Shown: positions 19,175 through 27,031 of the stretch, one piece after another | Numbering within the stretch: position 1 is the first letter of the stretch | How the letters are laid out: each line of letters begins with the position of its first letter | Virus record (IMG/VR): IMGVR_UViG_3300031993_000003 | Source of the DNA: a virus | Direction: 5' to 3' (one strand) | Length of the DNA: 64,000 bases | Made by a program: the position numbers and the translations under genes | Notes under the pieces: model-generated | What the model was told of the DNA's origin: nothing | Seen by the model: the letters and a program-made list of their open reading frames with translations, nothing else | Databases searched by the model: none

Positions 19175-21166
19175 ACCGTTGGCTGAAATCTACTCAAACT
19201 TACCAGCAGTAAGAATTGTGTGATTTCCCATGGCCTGCTTGAACAGGCCACTGCAACGGCATTTTTCCAGGCACCTCCTTACCTTCCACATGGGCAGGCT
19301 CTTTGGCTGGAAGTACCTGTATCCGCCATCCCCTGCCAGTTCAAGCAGGTTCCCCCTTAACACGGTCGAGGTAACGCGGAATTTTATGTTTACCGAACTG
19401 TTGCGGTCTGCATTGTCCTGATGGTGGCATTCCACACAGTCGAAAGTTTCCTGGTCAGGGCGGTTACGGTCGTCTATCGCGCCGCATACCGGGCACATCT
19501 TGGAAGTATATTCCGGGTGTATCAGCGAAAGCGATTCGCCGTACTTCGGGGCGATGTGCTCGACCTCGTCCTTCAGAGATGAAAGTCCTATCCGGAGATG
19601 CAGACGGCCCAGGTTCATACCGTTCCTATCCGTCGAATCCAGCCGCCTTCCCTGGAACCCGGTCAGGTTCTCCATCACTATGTGACGGTAACCCCGCGAG
19701 TACAGGTCCTTGCACATGGCCGCTATGCGTCTTTTGTTTGACTCGTTCAGCTTCAAGGTAATGGCTTCAATGCGTTTCTTGTCCTTGTGAGAAATCTTGA
19801 ACGCATCATGTTCTTCGTCCTTAGCAAACCGGGCATTGTAGTTCTTCTGCTTCTGGTCTATTTTTAGCAGTTCGGTCTCCAGTTCCGCAACGAGTTCCTC
19901 GTCGTGTGGGATGAACTCCCCGGTGCTCAAAGCGAACATGTTGTGCTTGGAATTGACGTCTATGCCGACGGTATTTTCTTCTGTAATTTCATCGGTATTC
20001 TTGTAACGGTAACCGTCCCTTGCGAGGACTATATGGATGTCCTTTCCTCGGACAACCATCGTATAGGATGTATCTTCCCCGTTGCAGTAGCGGTTCAACG
20101 AGCGATGGTAGGCCTTGTTGTATTTGAATGGCATACACAAGGTATTCTTGCTATCACCACGGTATCCTTGGTCGAACCAATCCCATGAAAATTCGATGAA
20201 ATAGTCGAACTTTCCGGTTTCGTTACGCCTAGCATCTACGATAGGACGCTTGATACGGCTACGACCGGAAAATGTGAGCGATTCGAAGGTAATCTTGCCA
20301 CGCTTCTCGTATTCGGAGAATACAGATGTCCTTCTTGACAGCGCCAACCGCATGAGGCGGGCGAAGCCGAACTTGCGTATCTTGGCCAGTATCGTTCTAT
20401 AGAACTTCTGCTTGGATTCTACTGCGGTAGGAATAGCAGATTCAAGCCAATAAACGGTTTCTTCCTTGCCGTACCGAGCAAGCCAAGTAAGTACCTTCGT
20501 TAGTTCAGTCTTCTTGGTATGGCACTCTATGGACTTCAAGTCACCTTTCTTGTGTCCCTTGACATTTATCTTGTAGAACGAGGGAACAAGTTCCTCTACC
20601 TTGACGAACTCAATCTTCTTGCGGATTGCATCAAAGCGAAGCTGGTACGCTCGCCACACATCTTCAATAGCCTTCTTCAAGTAGTGGCTAGATAGGCGTG
20701 TATTGAATGTCGGGTTGAATAAATTGAACGCCTCGAACTTAGACATATCCTGGAAGCCGAGCATATCCGAGAAGAACACTTCCGATATGTCGTTCCTTAC
20801 TGCACGGATTTCCTCTGCTCGATGAATAATTTCGGCTCGCTTGGTGTCGGACAACAGGATAGGATAGAACGCGGCGGAGAACTGCGACTTGTACCTATCC
20901 TTCAATGTCCAACAATGATTGCTCATACAATACAGAAATGGCTCGTTAGGAACTTATTGTGAGATTCAATTCCAAACGAGCCATCATAAAGGTCTCTTAC
21001 GGAGCTTAATGAAGAATCTCACTAATTCATTAAACCTATATACATTAAGTTTATAACAATATACAAAATTTTATGCCGAATTTCAACTTAAAAATACACT
21101 AAATGCATGCAAATTTAGTTAGATTTAAGTAAGATTAGGCAGATTTTAAGTTAGCTGTGGGTAACC
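19175..21166 (-). mobile_element. TnpB-only (IS200/IS605-family, IS1341-like) insertion element of ~2 kb inserted in the T-loop of tRNA-Gly(UCC).
   Basis: tRNA 5' portion at 19117-19174 and the matching 3' portion (CCGGT-CCGCCGC) at 21167-21178; TnpB ORF between them; a TTAC tetranucleotide at the element end next to the 3' tRNA piece (minus strand). Confidence 0.5.
19190..20926 (-). CDS. tnpB: TnpB-like RuvC nuclease (578 aa) with a C-terminal zinc finger.
   Basis: RuvC-I …VGIDVNSKHN…, RuvC-II …HIVMENLTGF…, CPVCG…CVECHH zinc finger plus RuvC-III DNADRNSSVNI. Confidence 0.65.
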   Translation of the reverse strand: MSNHCWTLKDRYKSQFSAAFYPILLSDTKRAEIIHRAEEIRAVRNDISEVFFSDMLGFQDMSKFEAFNLFNPTFNTRLSSHYLKKAIEDVWRAYQLRFDAIRKKIEFVKVEELVPSFYKINVKGHKKGDLKSIECHTKKTELTKVLTWLARYGKEETVYWLESAIPTAVESKQKFYRTILAKIRKFGFARLMRLALSRRTSVFSEYEKRGKITFESLTFSGRSRIKRPIVDARRNETGKFDYFIEFSWDWFDQGYRGDSKNTLCMPFKYNKAYHRSLNRYCNGEDTSYTMVVRGKDIHIVLARDGYRYKNTDEITEENTVGIDVNSKHNMFALSTGEFIPHDEELVAELETELLKIDQKQKNYNARFAKDEEHDAFKISHKDKKRIEAITLKLNESNKRRIAAMCKDLYSRGYRHIVMENLTGFQGRRLDSTDRNGMNLGRLHLRIGLSSLKDEVEHIAPKYGESLSLIHPEYTSKMCPVCGAIDDRNRPDQETFDCVECHHQDNADRNSSVNIKFRVTSTVLRGNLLELAGDGGYRYFQPKSLPMWKVRRCLEKCRCSGLFKQAMGNHTILTAGKFE

Positions 21167-21179
21167 CCGGTCCGCCGCT
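21167..21179 (+). pseudogene. tRNA-Gly(UCC) 3' portion (T-stem 3' strand CCGGT + acceptor 3' strand CCGCCGC + discriminator).
   Basis: CCGCCGC is the exact complement of the 5' acceptor strand GCGGCGG at 19117. Confidence 0.5.
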
Positions 21180-21452
21180 CTAATGTAAAGGAAATTTTAC
21201 AAGGAATTTCCGGCAAAACCCTTGAAATCGTCAAGCCACTTTGCTAAACTTAACCACAAAGGATAATGAAAATGCAAACTCTGCAATTAAATATCATCGC
21301 ATGTGAAGAACAGTTGGCCAACGCCGACCGATTTTTCGCGTATGCGTATGATAGCAAATTGCTAGAGTTGCACCGTTGATTTCCTTGTTTGATGTTTGAA
21401 GAGGACCCGGTTGCAACCATGCAGCCGGGTTCTTTTCTTATATCCGACATAT

Positions 21453-21528
21453 GGGCCTGTGGCAGAATGGAATTGCCCCTCCCCTGCAAGGAGTGTGTTT
21501 TTGTGGGTTCGAATCCCACCAGTGTCCA
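21453..21528 (+). tRNA. tRNA-Ala(UGC)-like, with G3:U wobble, an 8-nt 3' acceptor strand (bulged U), C33 and an unusually long T-rich variable loop.
   Basis: GGGCCTG-TG-GCAG…TTGC; anticodon stem CCTCC/GGAGT with loop CCTGCAA; T-arm GTGGG-TTCGAAT-CCCAC; 3' CAGTGTCC-A. Confidence 0.45.
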
Positions 21529-21587
21529 CTAACGGTAGCTCCCGGAGAGCTGCCGGCAGATTGACAGTCCGGAATGAATTTCTTTTT

Positions 21588-21660
21588 GGGCCATTAGCTC
21601 AATGGTAGAGCGCCTGTCCGGCAGACAGGAGGTTATCGGTTCGAGCCCGATATGTGTCCA
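21588..21660 (+). tRNA. tRNA-Ala(GGC), with G3:U, a bulged U in the 3' acceptor strand and C33.
   Basis: GGGCCAT-TA-GCTC-AATGGTA-GAGC-G-CCTGT-CCGGCAG-ACAGG-AGGTT-ATCGG-TTCGAGC-CCGAT-ATGTGTCC-A. Confidence 0.55.
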
Positions 21661-21670
21661 GTATATCTTT

Positions 21671-21742
21671 GGGTCATTAGTTCAATGGTAGAACTCCCGG
21701 TCCGCATCCGGGGGATACCGGTTCGACTCCGGTATGTATCCA
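21671..21742 (+). tRNA. tRNA-Ala(CGC), with G3:U, a bulged U in the 3' acceptor strand and C33.
   Basis: GGGTCAT-TA-GTTC-AATGGTA-GAAC-T-CCCGG-TCCGCAT-CCGGG-GGAT-ACCGG-TTCGACT-CCGGT-ATGTATCC-A. Confidence 0.55.
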
Positions 21743-21746
21743 CTAA

Positions 21747-21823
21747 GGTCACTTAGCTCAGCAGGATTTCAGAGCGCCGTGCTACGAACGCGGAGGCCGG
21801 GAGTTCGAACCTCTCAGTGACTA
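21747..21823 (+). tRNA. tRNA-Arg(ACG).
   Basis: GGTCACT…; anticodon stem CCGTG/CGCGG with loop CTACGAA; T-arm GGGAG-TTCGAAC-CTCTC; 3' AGTGACT-A. Confidence 0.65.
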
Positions 21824-21838
21824 CTAACAAACTAATTC

Positions 21839-21911
21839 GGTCCCTTCGGCCAGTGGTTGAAGCCATCGCACTTTCTATGCGAAGACCCCGGTTCGAATCC
21901 GGGAGGGACTA
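21839..21911 (+). tRNA. tRNA-Glu(UUC).
   Basis: GGTCCCT…; stem TCGCA/TGCGA with loop CTTTCTA; T-arm CCCGG-TTCGAAT-CCGGG; 3' AGGGACT-A. Confidence 0.6.
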
Positions 21912-21915
21912 CTAC

Positions 21916-21989
21916 GTTCGTCTAGCTCAATTGGTTAGAGCTTCTGTCTGATATGCAGAGGGTTGCACGTTCAAGTCGTGCGGCGAACA
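21916..21989 (+). tRNA. tRNA-Ile(GAU).
   Basis: GTTCGTC-TA-GCTC…GAGC; stem TCTGT/GCAGA with loop CTGATAT; T-arm GCACG-TTCAAGT-CGTGC; 3' GGCGAAC-A. Confidence 0.65.
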
Positions 21990-21994
21990 CTAAT

Positions 21995-22067
21995 GCCGCT
22001 GTAGCTCAGTTGGTAGAGCGGAAGCCTGAAGAGCTTCGCGTCGGACGTTCGAGCCGTCCCGGCGGCA
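21995..22067 (+). tRNA. tRNA-Phe(GAA).
   Basis: GCCGCTG-TA-GCTC-AGTTGGTA-GAGC; stem GAAGC/GCTTC with loop CTGAAGA; T-arm GGACG-TTCGAGC-CGTCC; 3' CGGCGGC-A. Confidence 0.7.
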
Positions 22068-22074
22068 CTAAATT

Positions 22075-22146
22075 GGGGCCATAGTATAGTGGTCAGTACT
22101 CCGGCTTGTCACGCCGGCAACGCGGGTCCGATTCCCGCTGGTCCCG
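22075..22146 (+). tRNA. tRNA-Asp(GUC) (discriminator G).
   Basis: GGGGCCA-TA-GTAT…GTAC; stem CCGGC/GCCGG with loop TTGTCAC; T-arm GCGGG-TCCGATT-CCCGC; 3' TGGTCCC-G. Confidence 0.65.
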
Positions 22147-22156
22147 CTAGATTTTT

Positions 22157-22240
22157 GGGTGTGCGCCGACGATGGCGAGTCGGGACGGTCTGTAAAACCG
22201 TTGCCTTCGGGCTTAGCTGGTTCGAATCCAGCTACACCCA
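22157..22240 (+). tRNA. tRNA-Tyr(GUA), type II (long variable arm).
   Basis: GGGTGTG…; D-stem CCGA/TCGG; anticodon stem ACGGT/ACCGT with loop CTGTAAA; variable arm GCC-TTCG-GGC; T-arm GCTGG-TTCGAAT-CCAGC; 3' TACACCC-A. Confidence 0.6.
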
Positions 22241-22244
22241 CTAT

Positions 22245-22317
22245 TCCACCCTAGTTCAACTGGTAGAACGCCCGGCCGTTAACCGGGAGGTTCCAGGGTC
22301 GTAGCCTGGGGGTGGAG
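22245..22317 (+). tRNA. tRNA-Asn(GUU), with C33 and an atypical T-loop GTCGTAG.
   Basis: TCCACCC-TA-GTTC…GAAC; stem CCCGG/CCGGG with loop CCGTTAA; 3' GGGTGGA-G. Confidence 0.5.
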
Positions 22318-22323
22318 CTAAAT

Positions 22324-22409
22324 GGGTGTTCTCTGGTGATGGTGAATCGGGGCTGGCTGTAACCCAGCTGCCTTAAACGGCTTAGGGCGTTCGAATCGCT
22401 CAACACCCA
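22324..22409 (+). tRNA. Second type-II tRNA with anticodon GUA (Tyr), sequence-divergent from the one at 22157.
   Basis: GGGTGTT…; anticodon stem GCTGG/CCAGC with loop CTGTAAC; variable arm GCC-TTAAAC-GGC; T-arm GGGCG-TTCGAAT-CGCTC; 3' AACACCC-A (perfect acceptor pairing). Confidence 0.55.
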
Positions 22410-22549
22410 CTAAAGGATATAATTTCTGTAGTGCAATATAAATTACCAGAGGACAGGTAACTGGCATTACTTGACTTGTCGTTCTAGTCTAACTCTGGTA
22501 ATTATCAATCTATATAAACTGCATATAGAACATTGCCAGATGTTTTATC

Positions 22550-23245
22550 ATGAATTACACTAAGATTTACGCAAGTATTGTCTTGCGAGCTCAGACTGAA
22601 CGAACTGAGCGGTTAGCCTTGAAGAAACAGGGCCAGTATTTCGAGAACCATCATATAATACCTCGTTGCTTAGGCGGTATCGACAATGCATCTAATATGG
22701 CGTTATTAACTGGGCGCGAACATTTTATATGTCATTGGTTGCTAGTTAAAATTTATAGGCCGAATACTGTTGAATATTCTAAAATGATTCTAGCGCTGTG
22801 GCGAATGCGCTCTGCCGGTCAAGACCATCATGGTCGATATATCAACGCTCGTACATACGAATATCTTCGTGAAGACTATGCCCATGCTATTGGTAAAATT
22901 ACGTCTGTGACTCAGCACGGTTCAAAAAATTCTCACTATGGCGCTAAATGGTACACGAATTCGTATGATGGGACTGTTATAATATCTAAAACTGCATTAG
23001 AGTTTCCTTGGGTGCTTGGTCGAAATTTATTTAAAGGGGAATCGGTTTGTCTACAAACTTCTAGACAGCATATGCGGTTGTATGCACAAAGGTTATGGAA
23101 TCAATTCCATTCCGGTGATTATACTTCATTAAGAGACTTTAAGCGAAGAGAACATATTTCTGGTGCTTTGGTGAGCCGATTATTTTTACATCATATTCCG
23201 TTATACAGTACATTAAATGCTAATGGTCGTAAAAAAGTATTGTAA
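22550..23245 (+). CDS. HNH homing endonuclease.
   Basis: HHIIPRCLGGIDNASNMALLTGREHFICH motif; located in an AT-rich island between tRNA genes. Confidence 0.7.
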   Translation: MNYTKIYASIVLRAQTERTERLALKKQGQYFENHHIIPRCLGGIDNASNMALLTGREHFICHWLLVKIYRPNTVEYSKMILALWRMRSAGQDHHGRYINARTYEYLREDYAHAIGKITSVTQHGSKNSHYGAKWYTNSYDGTVIISKTALEFPWVLGRNLFKGESVCLQTSRQHMRLYAQRLWNQFHSGDYTSLRDFKRREHISGALVSRLFLHHIPLYSTLNANGRKKVL

Positions 23246-23757
23246 ATTTTTAAAAATATTCGAGAAAAAGGTTGCAAAAATAAGAAAAAATATATAAACT
23301 GTATGAGATGAGTGAACGAACAAGTTATGCCCTTGCACGCAGAACCATCAAAGCATAACCGACCATATAACTAACATTCAGAGCCTTCGGCTACGACCTT
23401 AATTGGGGAAGTTGAAGGACAAGGTATGGAAGGGCCGAGATGCGGAGCCGCAAGTCTTCAGAAGCATGACCGCTGTAACTGCCGTCAAGACATAGAGATG
23501 CAAATGCAGTCCCCAAAACTCACGTGGAGGGGATAGAGGCCGTTGTAGTTCGGCCATCACGTACTTCGTTGCGTGACTAATCGCTTTCATGATTTTTCAT
23601 TGAAAGCGGAAACTATTACCAAATAAAGCACTAATTGATAAATTTGAGTAATATAACTTTCCTAGGGGCTATAATCTGGTGACAACACCTCCCCAGAAGG
23701 GGAGGGCTTATAAGTAGAACATTTTTCTTATGCATGTTTGACACGAAGCAAGATTTT

Positions 23758-23770
23758 TTGCTATATTTGT
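23758..23770 (+). promoter_or_regulatory. TTTGCTATATTTG promoter 13-mer upstream of the second tRNA cluster.
   Basis: Exact motif. Confidence 0.55.
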
Positions 23771-23833
23771 CTTCGAAAAGGGAAATCCCCCGAGATTTCC
23801 GAGCAGATTTACATTTCGGATGCAATTATTCAA

Positions 23834-23907
23834 CGTGACCTACGCCAAATGGAGAGCGGCAGGTAGAGAGTGCCTGTGGTATGCCGGTTCAACTCCGGCT
23901 GTCACGT
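23834..23907 (+). tRNA. tRNA-like gene with a good acceptor stem (6 bp) and T-arm (GCCGG-TTCAACT-CCGGC) but a non-canonical anticodon arm (9-nt loop TAGAGAGTG, or a 7-nt loop lacking U33); identity unassigned.
   Basis: CGTGACC-TA…; 3' TGTCACG; standard 74-nt length; the anticodon region does not fold canonically. Confidence 0.3.
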
Positions 23908-24017
23908 TTATTAAACCCTTGATACCGGTGTCGGCCGGCGGCTTATTTCCATGGCCGCGCCTCCTAAACGGTTGTTGTGTTCTCTAGGCTGGCACCGGTA
24001 TAGGGGTGGAGTTTTAT

Positions 24018-24091
24018 CGCGGGTTGGAGCAGTTGGTAGCTCGCCAGGCCCATAACCTGGAGGCCGCGGCGTTCGAGTCCCGCACCCGCTA
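24018..24091 (+). tRNA. tRNA-Met(CAU), with a C1·U72 mismatch (initiator-like?), C33 and an imperfect T-stem.
   Basis: CGCGGGT-TG-GAGC-AGTTGGTA-GCTC-G-CCAGG-CCCATAA-CCTGG…TTCGAGT…ACCCGC. Confidence 0.45.
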
Positions 24092-24293
24092 GAAATTCCC
24101 TAAACATCTCCCGGTGACAAGCCGGGGGCACCCGGCGCCCGGACCGGGGACAACCGGGCAAACCTTTGACGTAGCCAGCGCATATCTATGGATATGCCTG
24201 GTTGCGGACGTGCTTGCGTGGTATGTACCGGCCTTGTGCTGGCGGCAACACCGTGGTATCTCCCTAGTGTGTCCGGGAGGTACCTAAAATTTA

Positions 24294-24368
24294 GCCCCGG
24301 TAGCTCAATTGGATGAGAGTACTACCCTCCGAAGGTAGTGGTTACCGGTTCAAGCCCGGTCTGGGGTA
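24294..24368 (+). tRNA. tRNA-Arg(CCG).
   Basis: GCCCCGG-TA-GCTC…; stem CTACC/GGTAG with loop CTCCGAA; T-arm ACCGG-TTCAAGC-CCGGT; 3' CTGGGGT-A. Confidence 0.6.
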
Positions 24369-24501
24369 CGAGAAATTTCCCTGGTGTAGCCACCGGGGTT
24401 TCCGGAGTAAGGACCGCGATATCTCCGGTAGAAAGCGCAAAGTTATTCGGGGGCGCTCTAAAGGCCGTGACTGGGTTAACACGGCTGACCCGTGCGGTTT
24501 C

Positions 24502-24576
24502 CGGAGTGTAGCTCAGCCTGGTAGAGCATCGGTTTTGGGAACCGAGGGTTCGCGTGTTCGAATCACGCTACTCCGA
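24502..24576 (+). tRNA. tRNA-Pro(UGG).
   Basis: CGGAGTG-TA-GCTC-AGCCTGGTA-GAGC-A-TCGGT-TTTGGGA-ACCGA…GCGTG-TTCGAAT-CACGC-TACTCCG-A. Confidence 0.65.
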
Positions 24577-24890
24577 CTAAATCCCCGACACACAAGGGGT
24601 CATTCCCCGTCGTGTGCGCCCCTACCTGGCATGCCGACATTCCGGTAGGTTCAAATTGCGAGGATAAGGGTGGACCTCGCCGGGGAGACCATTGAAATAC
24701 CCATGCACCGGGAAATCTACGGCCGTGGAATCCTCCCTTGGAGGGAGGACGGTGAAGCGGCAAGGGGCCCGTTCCTACAGTTAACATCATTGATGTCTAC
24801 GATAGGTTGCCACCGGTAGTCCCGGTAGGTGGTGGCGTAAAACGGTCGAAGGAGGCAGTTCAAGGCGTCCCCGGGCACCGAGTTTAAGTT

Positions 24891-25257
24891 GGACCGATAA
24901 CTCAATGGTTAGAGTTGCGGACTCATATATGTGCATATATGCATAAAAGCTATATGCGACTTGTGACCTCCCGGGGAAACCCTGGAGTGAAAACGGGAAG
25001 AATTCGGCGAAACCTAACCTGCCCTAGCCATAGGACCGAAAGGTTACTAGACCGGCAGTATGGTGACGCCGAGCCGAGCCCCGGGTACACCCGGGGAAGG
25101 TGTAGAGACTAGTGGAGGAGTCCAGTCTCCTTAATGACCACAACAGCATCCCGCATCTAAACCGGAAACGGCACGATGAAGACATAGTCCCGGGTAGTAT
25201 GAAAATATTACTTTATAAGGAACCCGTCGGTTGCAGGTTCGAATCCTGCTCGGTCCA
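24891..25257 (+). tRNA. tRNA-Met/Ile2(CAU) interrupted by a ~294-nt intron in the anticodon loop (exon 1 24891-24926, exon 2 25221-25257).
   Basis: 5' GGACCGA and 3' TCGGTCC are perfectly complementary 367 nt apart; D-arm ACTC/GAGT; the loop would be CTCAT|AA after splicing; T-arm GCAGG-TTCGAAT-CCTGC. Confidence 0.55.
24927..25220 (+). other. Putative group I intron (no ORF) in the tRNA anticodon loop.
   Basis: Inserted after U36 (exon 1 ends with U); the intron ends in G; GC-rich paired elements (CCCGGGG…CCCCGGG). The size and position are typical of bacterial or phage tRNA group I introns. Confidence 0.4.
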
Positions 25258-25277
25258 CTATTTAGTTTGAAAGTTTT

Positions 25278-25354
25278 GTCCTCGTCGCCTAATTGGAATG
25301 GCACCTCTCTCCTAAAGAGGTTTTTAAATGCAGGTTCGAGTCCTGCCGGGGATA
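25278..25354 (+). tRNA. tRNA-Arg(CCU), with a 9-nt T/A-rich variable loop.
   Basis: GTCCTCG…; stem CCTCT/AGAGG with loop CTCCTAA; T-arm GCAGG-TTCGAGT-CCTGC; 3' CGGGGAT-A. Confidence 0.55.
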
Positions 25355-26227
25355 CTATCCGGTGGGTGAAATTTTACTACGAAGCAAGGTAAGTAATTCT
25401 TCAATTTTGTTGGGGCGATAGCAATCCTTAAAATGTAGCTCAATAACTTCCCAGCCTTGCGATACTAAATAATCATGTCGTTCTTGATAATATGGCTTCA
25501 GTTGACCACCATAGTAATGTTGATTTCCGTTGACTTCAATGTCTAACTTTATATCAATAAAGGCTATGTCTAATGAATATGCATGTGACCACGATGCATC
25601 AGTATATTCACTTTCAAACTTGAATTTGTTGTCGGCCAATATCGTTTTCAGTGTTTCACATGGTGGAGATACAAACTTATCCGTGGATTTCCAGTTACAC
25701 TTCTCTGGATGTTCTTTAGCAAACTGGCGTTTAACTTCGGCTAGATGCGCCCTTTCCTCATTAGTCCATTTATGAGGGCCATGCGGTTTCTTTGTACATA
25801 ACTTATAATGGTCACGTTTCTTTCCGGTGTATTTCTCATTACAATATGGACATACACTATCTCGGTTCTTGGACTTGATAGTGTCTGGATGTTCCGCATG
25901 CCTATGTGCATATAGTTTGTTTTTTGACATGAAGATGCTATCGCAGAATGGACATTTCCACCCTTCTGGTCTGGCGAGTCGTTCACTGTGGAAATTGCAG
26001 TAATTATGTTTTATCTGCACTCTATTCGGATTAGAATGGCATGACTGTTCATGAAGCTTTAGTGTTCCTGGACGTTTGCATATCTTTCCACAATATTGAC
26101 AGTGGTATTCACCGGAGTCTGGCATTGTGTTGATTCGGTTTTGATTACATGGGCAGTGTTTTTCATGCACCATGCATGCTGATTTTACTGGTATTTCTTT
26201 TGAACAATATTTGCATTTCATACACAA
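25355..26227 (-). CDS. Homing-endonuclease-like protein: three C2H2-type zinc fingers plus a C-terminal DUF559/Vsr-like (PD-(D/E)xK) endonuclease domain.
   Basis: C..C…H..H repeats (CQYCGKICKRPGTLKLHEQSCH; CPFCDS…HRHAEH; CPYCNEKY…); C-terminus …LDIAFIDIKLDIEVNGNQHY…QERHDYLVSQGWEVIELHF; AT-rich island abutting the tRNA-Arg 3' end. Confidence 0.55.
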   Translation of the reverse strand: MCMKCKYCSKEIPVKSACMVHEKHCPCNQNRINTMPDSGEYHCQYCGKICKRPGTLKLHEQSCHSNPNRVQIKHNYCNFHSERLARPEGWKCPFCDSIFMSKNKLYAHRHAEHPDTIKSKNRDSVCPYCNEKYTGKKRDHYKLCTKKPHGPHKWTNEERAHLAEVKRQFAKEHPEKCNWKSTDKFVSPPCETLKTILADNKFKFESEYTDASWSHAYSLDIAFIDIKLDIEVNGNQHYYGGQLKPYYQERHDYLVSQGWEVIELHFKDCYRPNKIEELLTLLRSKISPTG

Positions 26228-26432
26228 TAGTTTATATCCGCTTTAGCTAACGGATGATGCTAACTCTGTGTTCTGTACCACTTTATTTATGCTATTAAAA
26301 GCTAGCCTCTCCGCAATAGACTCCCGGAAGTACAACGGGATGTTCGATAAGGTGGTCCTTTGCGATACATGTGGAGCAACTTACGGAATCACGGCAGGGA
26401 GTCTGAGACTCACCGTATCCGTAAGCCATCGG

Positions 26433-26457
26433 GCCGGTCCGATTCCGGCGGGAGGCA
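26433..26457 (+). other. Orphan tRNA-like 3' end (T-arm GCCGG-TCCGATT-CCGGC + acceptor 3' strand GGGAGGC-A); a complementary 5' strand GCCTCTC lies 150 nt upstream (26305), but no canonical tRNA body was found.
   Basis: A strong T-arm consensus; the intervening 26312-26432 does not fold as a D-arm or anticodon arm. Confidence 0.25.
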
Positions 26458-26601
26458 CTAAGACCGCGAACCTGCGCCGAAGCTCTTTGAGGCTGGTTTT
26501 CTCGTGGGAGGCGATATCGCCCTAGGACAGGTACAGGACTGCATGTAATGGCCGGGGTAGCTCCACGGAAAGATGCAAGCCGTAGGGGGAACAATGCTAT
26601 C

Positions 26602-26688
26602 TGGAGGGCTACGCTAATTGGTAAGCGACCACGGTGCTAACGTGGCGTCCCGGAAACGGGGCTTACAGGTTCGAACCCTGTGCCCTCC
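26602..26688 (+). tRNA. tRNA-Ser(GCU), type II.
   Basis: GGAGGGC-TA-CGCT…AGCG; stem CCACG/CGTGG with loop GTGCTAA; variable arm CCCG-GAAA-CGGG; T-arm ACAGG-TTCGAAC-CCTGT; 3' GCCCTCC (perfect). Confidence 0.65.
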
Positions 26689-26719
26689 TCTATATAAACC
26701 ACATATTCGGAGAAACATT

Positions 26720-27013
26720 ATGGACTTGTCGTCGTTCGCAATATGGAAGTTTAGGTACGTCGAGGGATACCTCGAGGGAATGCAGTCATATGACGTGGAG
26801 ACGACCAAGTACGTGAACCCGAAGACGTTCATGACTACCTGGATAAGGTACGACATGAAGAACGAGACGGCCAGCATCGAGGAGTTCGATAGGCCTCCCG
26901 TAGTCTGCAAGTTTGCCGAACTGGAGGCCACCCTGAAGAAGCTGGGTATGTACCGGGAGCGCCCGGTGACTGCCAGGCACATGCTGGCGGGGCCCCAGGA
27001 GAAGGAAGATTAA
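26720..27013 (+). CDS. Small hypothetical protein.
   Basis: The ORF track's start at 26618 lies inside tRNA-Ser; the first plausible ATG is at 26720 (MDLSSFAIWKF…). Confidence 0.45.
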   Translation: MDLSSFAIWKFRYVEGYLEGMQSYDVETTKYVNPKTFMTTWIRYDMKNETASIEEFDRPPVVCKFAELEATLKKLGMYRERPVTARHMLAGPQEKED

Positions 27014-27031
27014 AGCATAAGCACTGACCCG

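Noticed and set aside
21453-21528. Reading the first tRNA of the array on the minus strand, because its T-arm is palindromic.
   Set aside because: On the minus strand the T-arm would lie at the 5' end of the candidate, with no acceptor 3' strand following it. The + strand fold is the only one that yields a cloverleaf.
24380-24490. An additional tRNA between tRNA-Arg(CCG) and tRNA-Pro.
   Set aside because: No T-loop (TTCGA/TTCAA) or matching acceptor pairing was found in this 110-nt GC-rich spacer.
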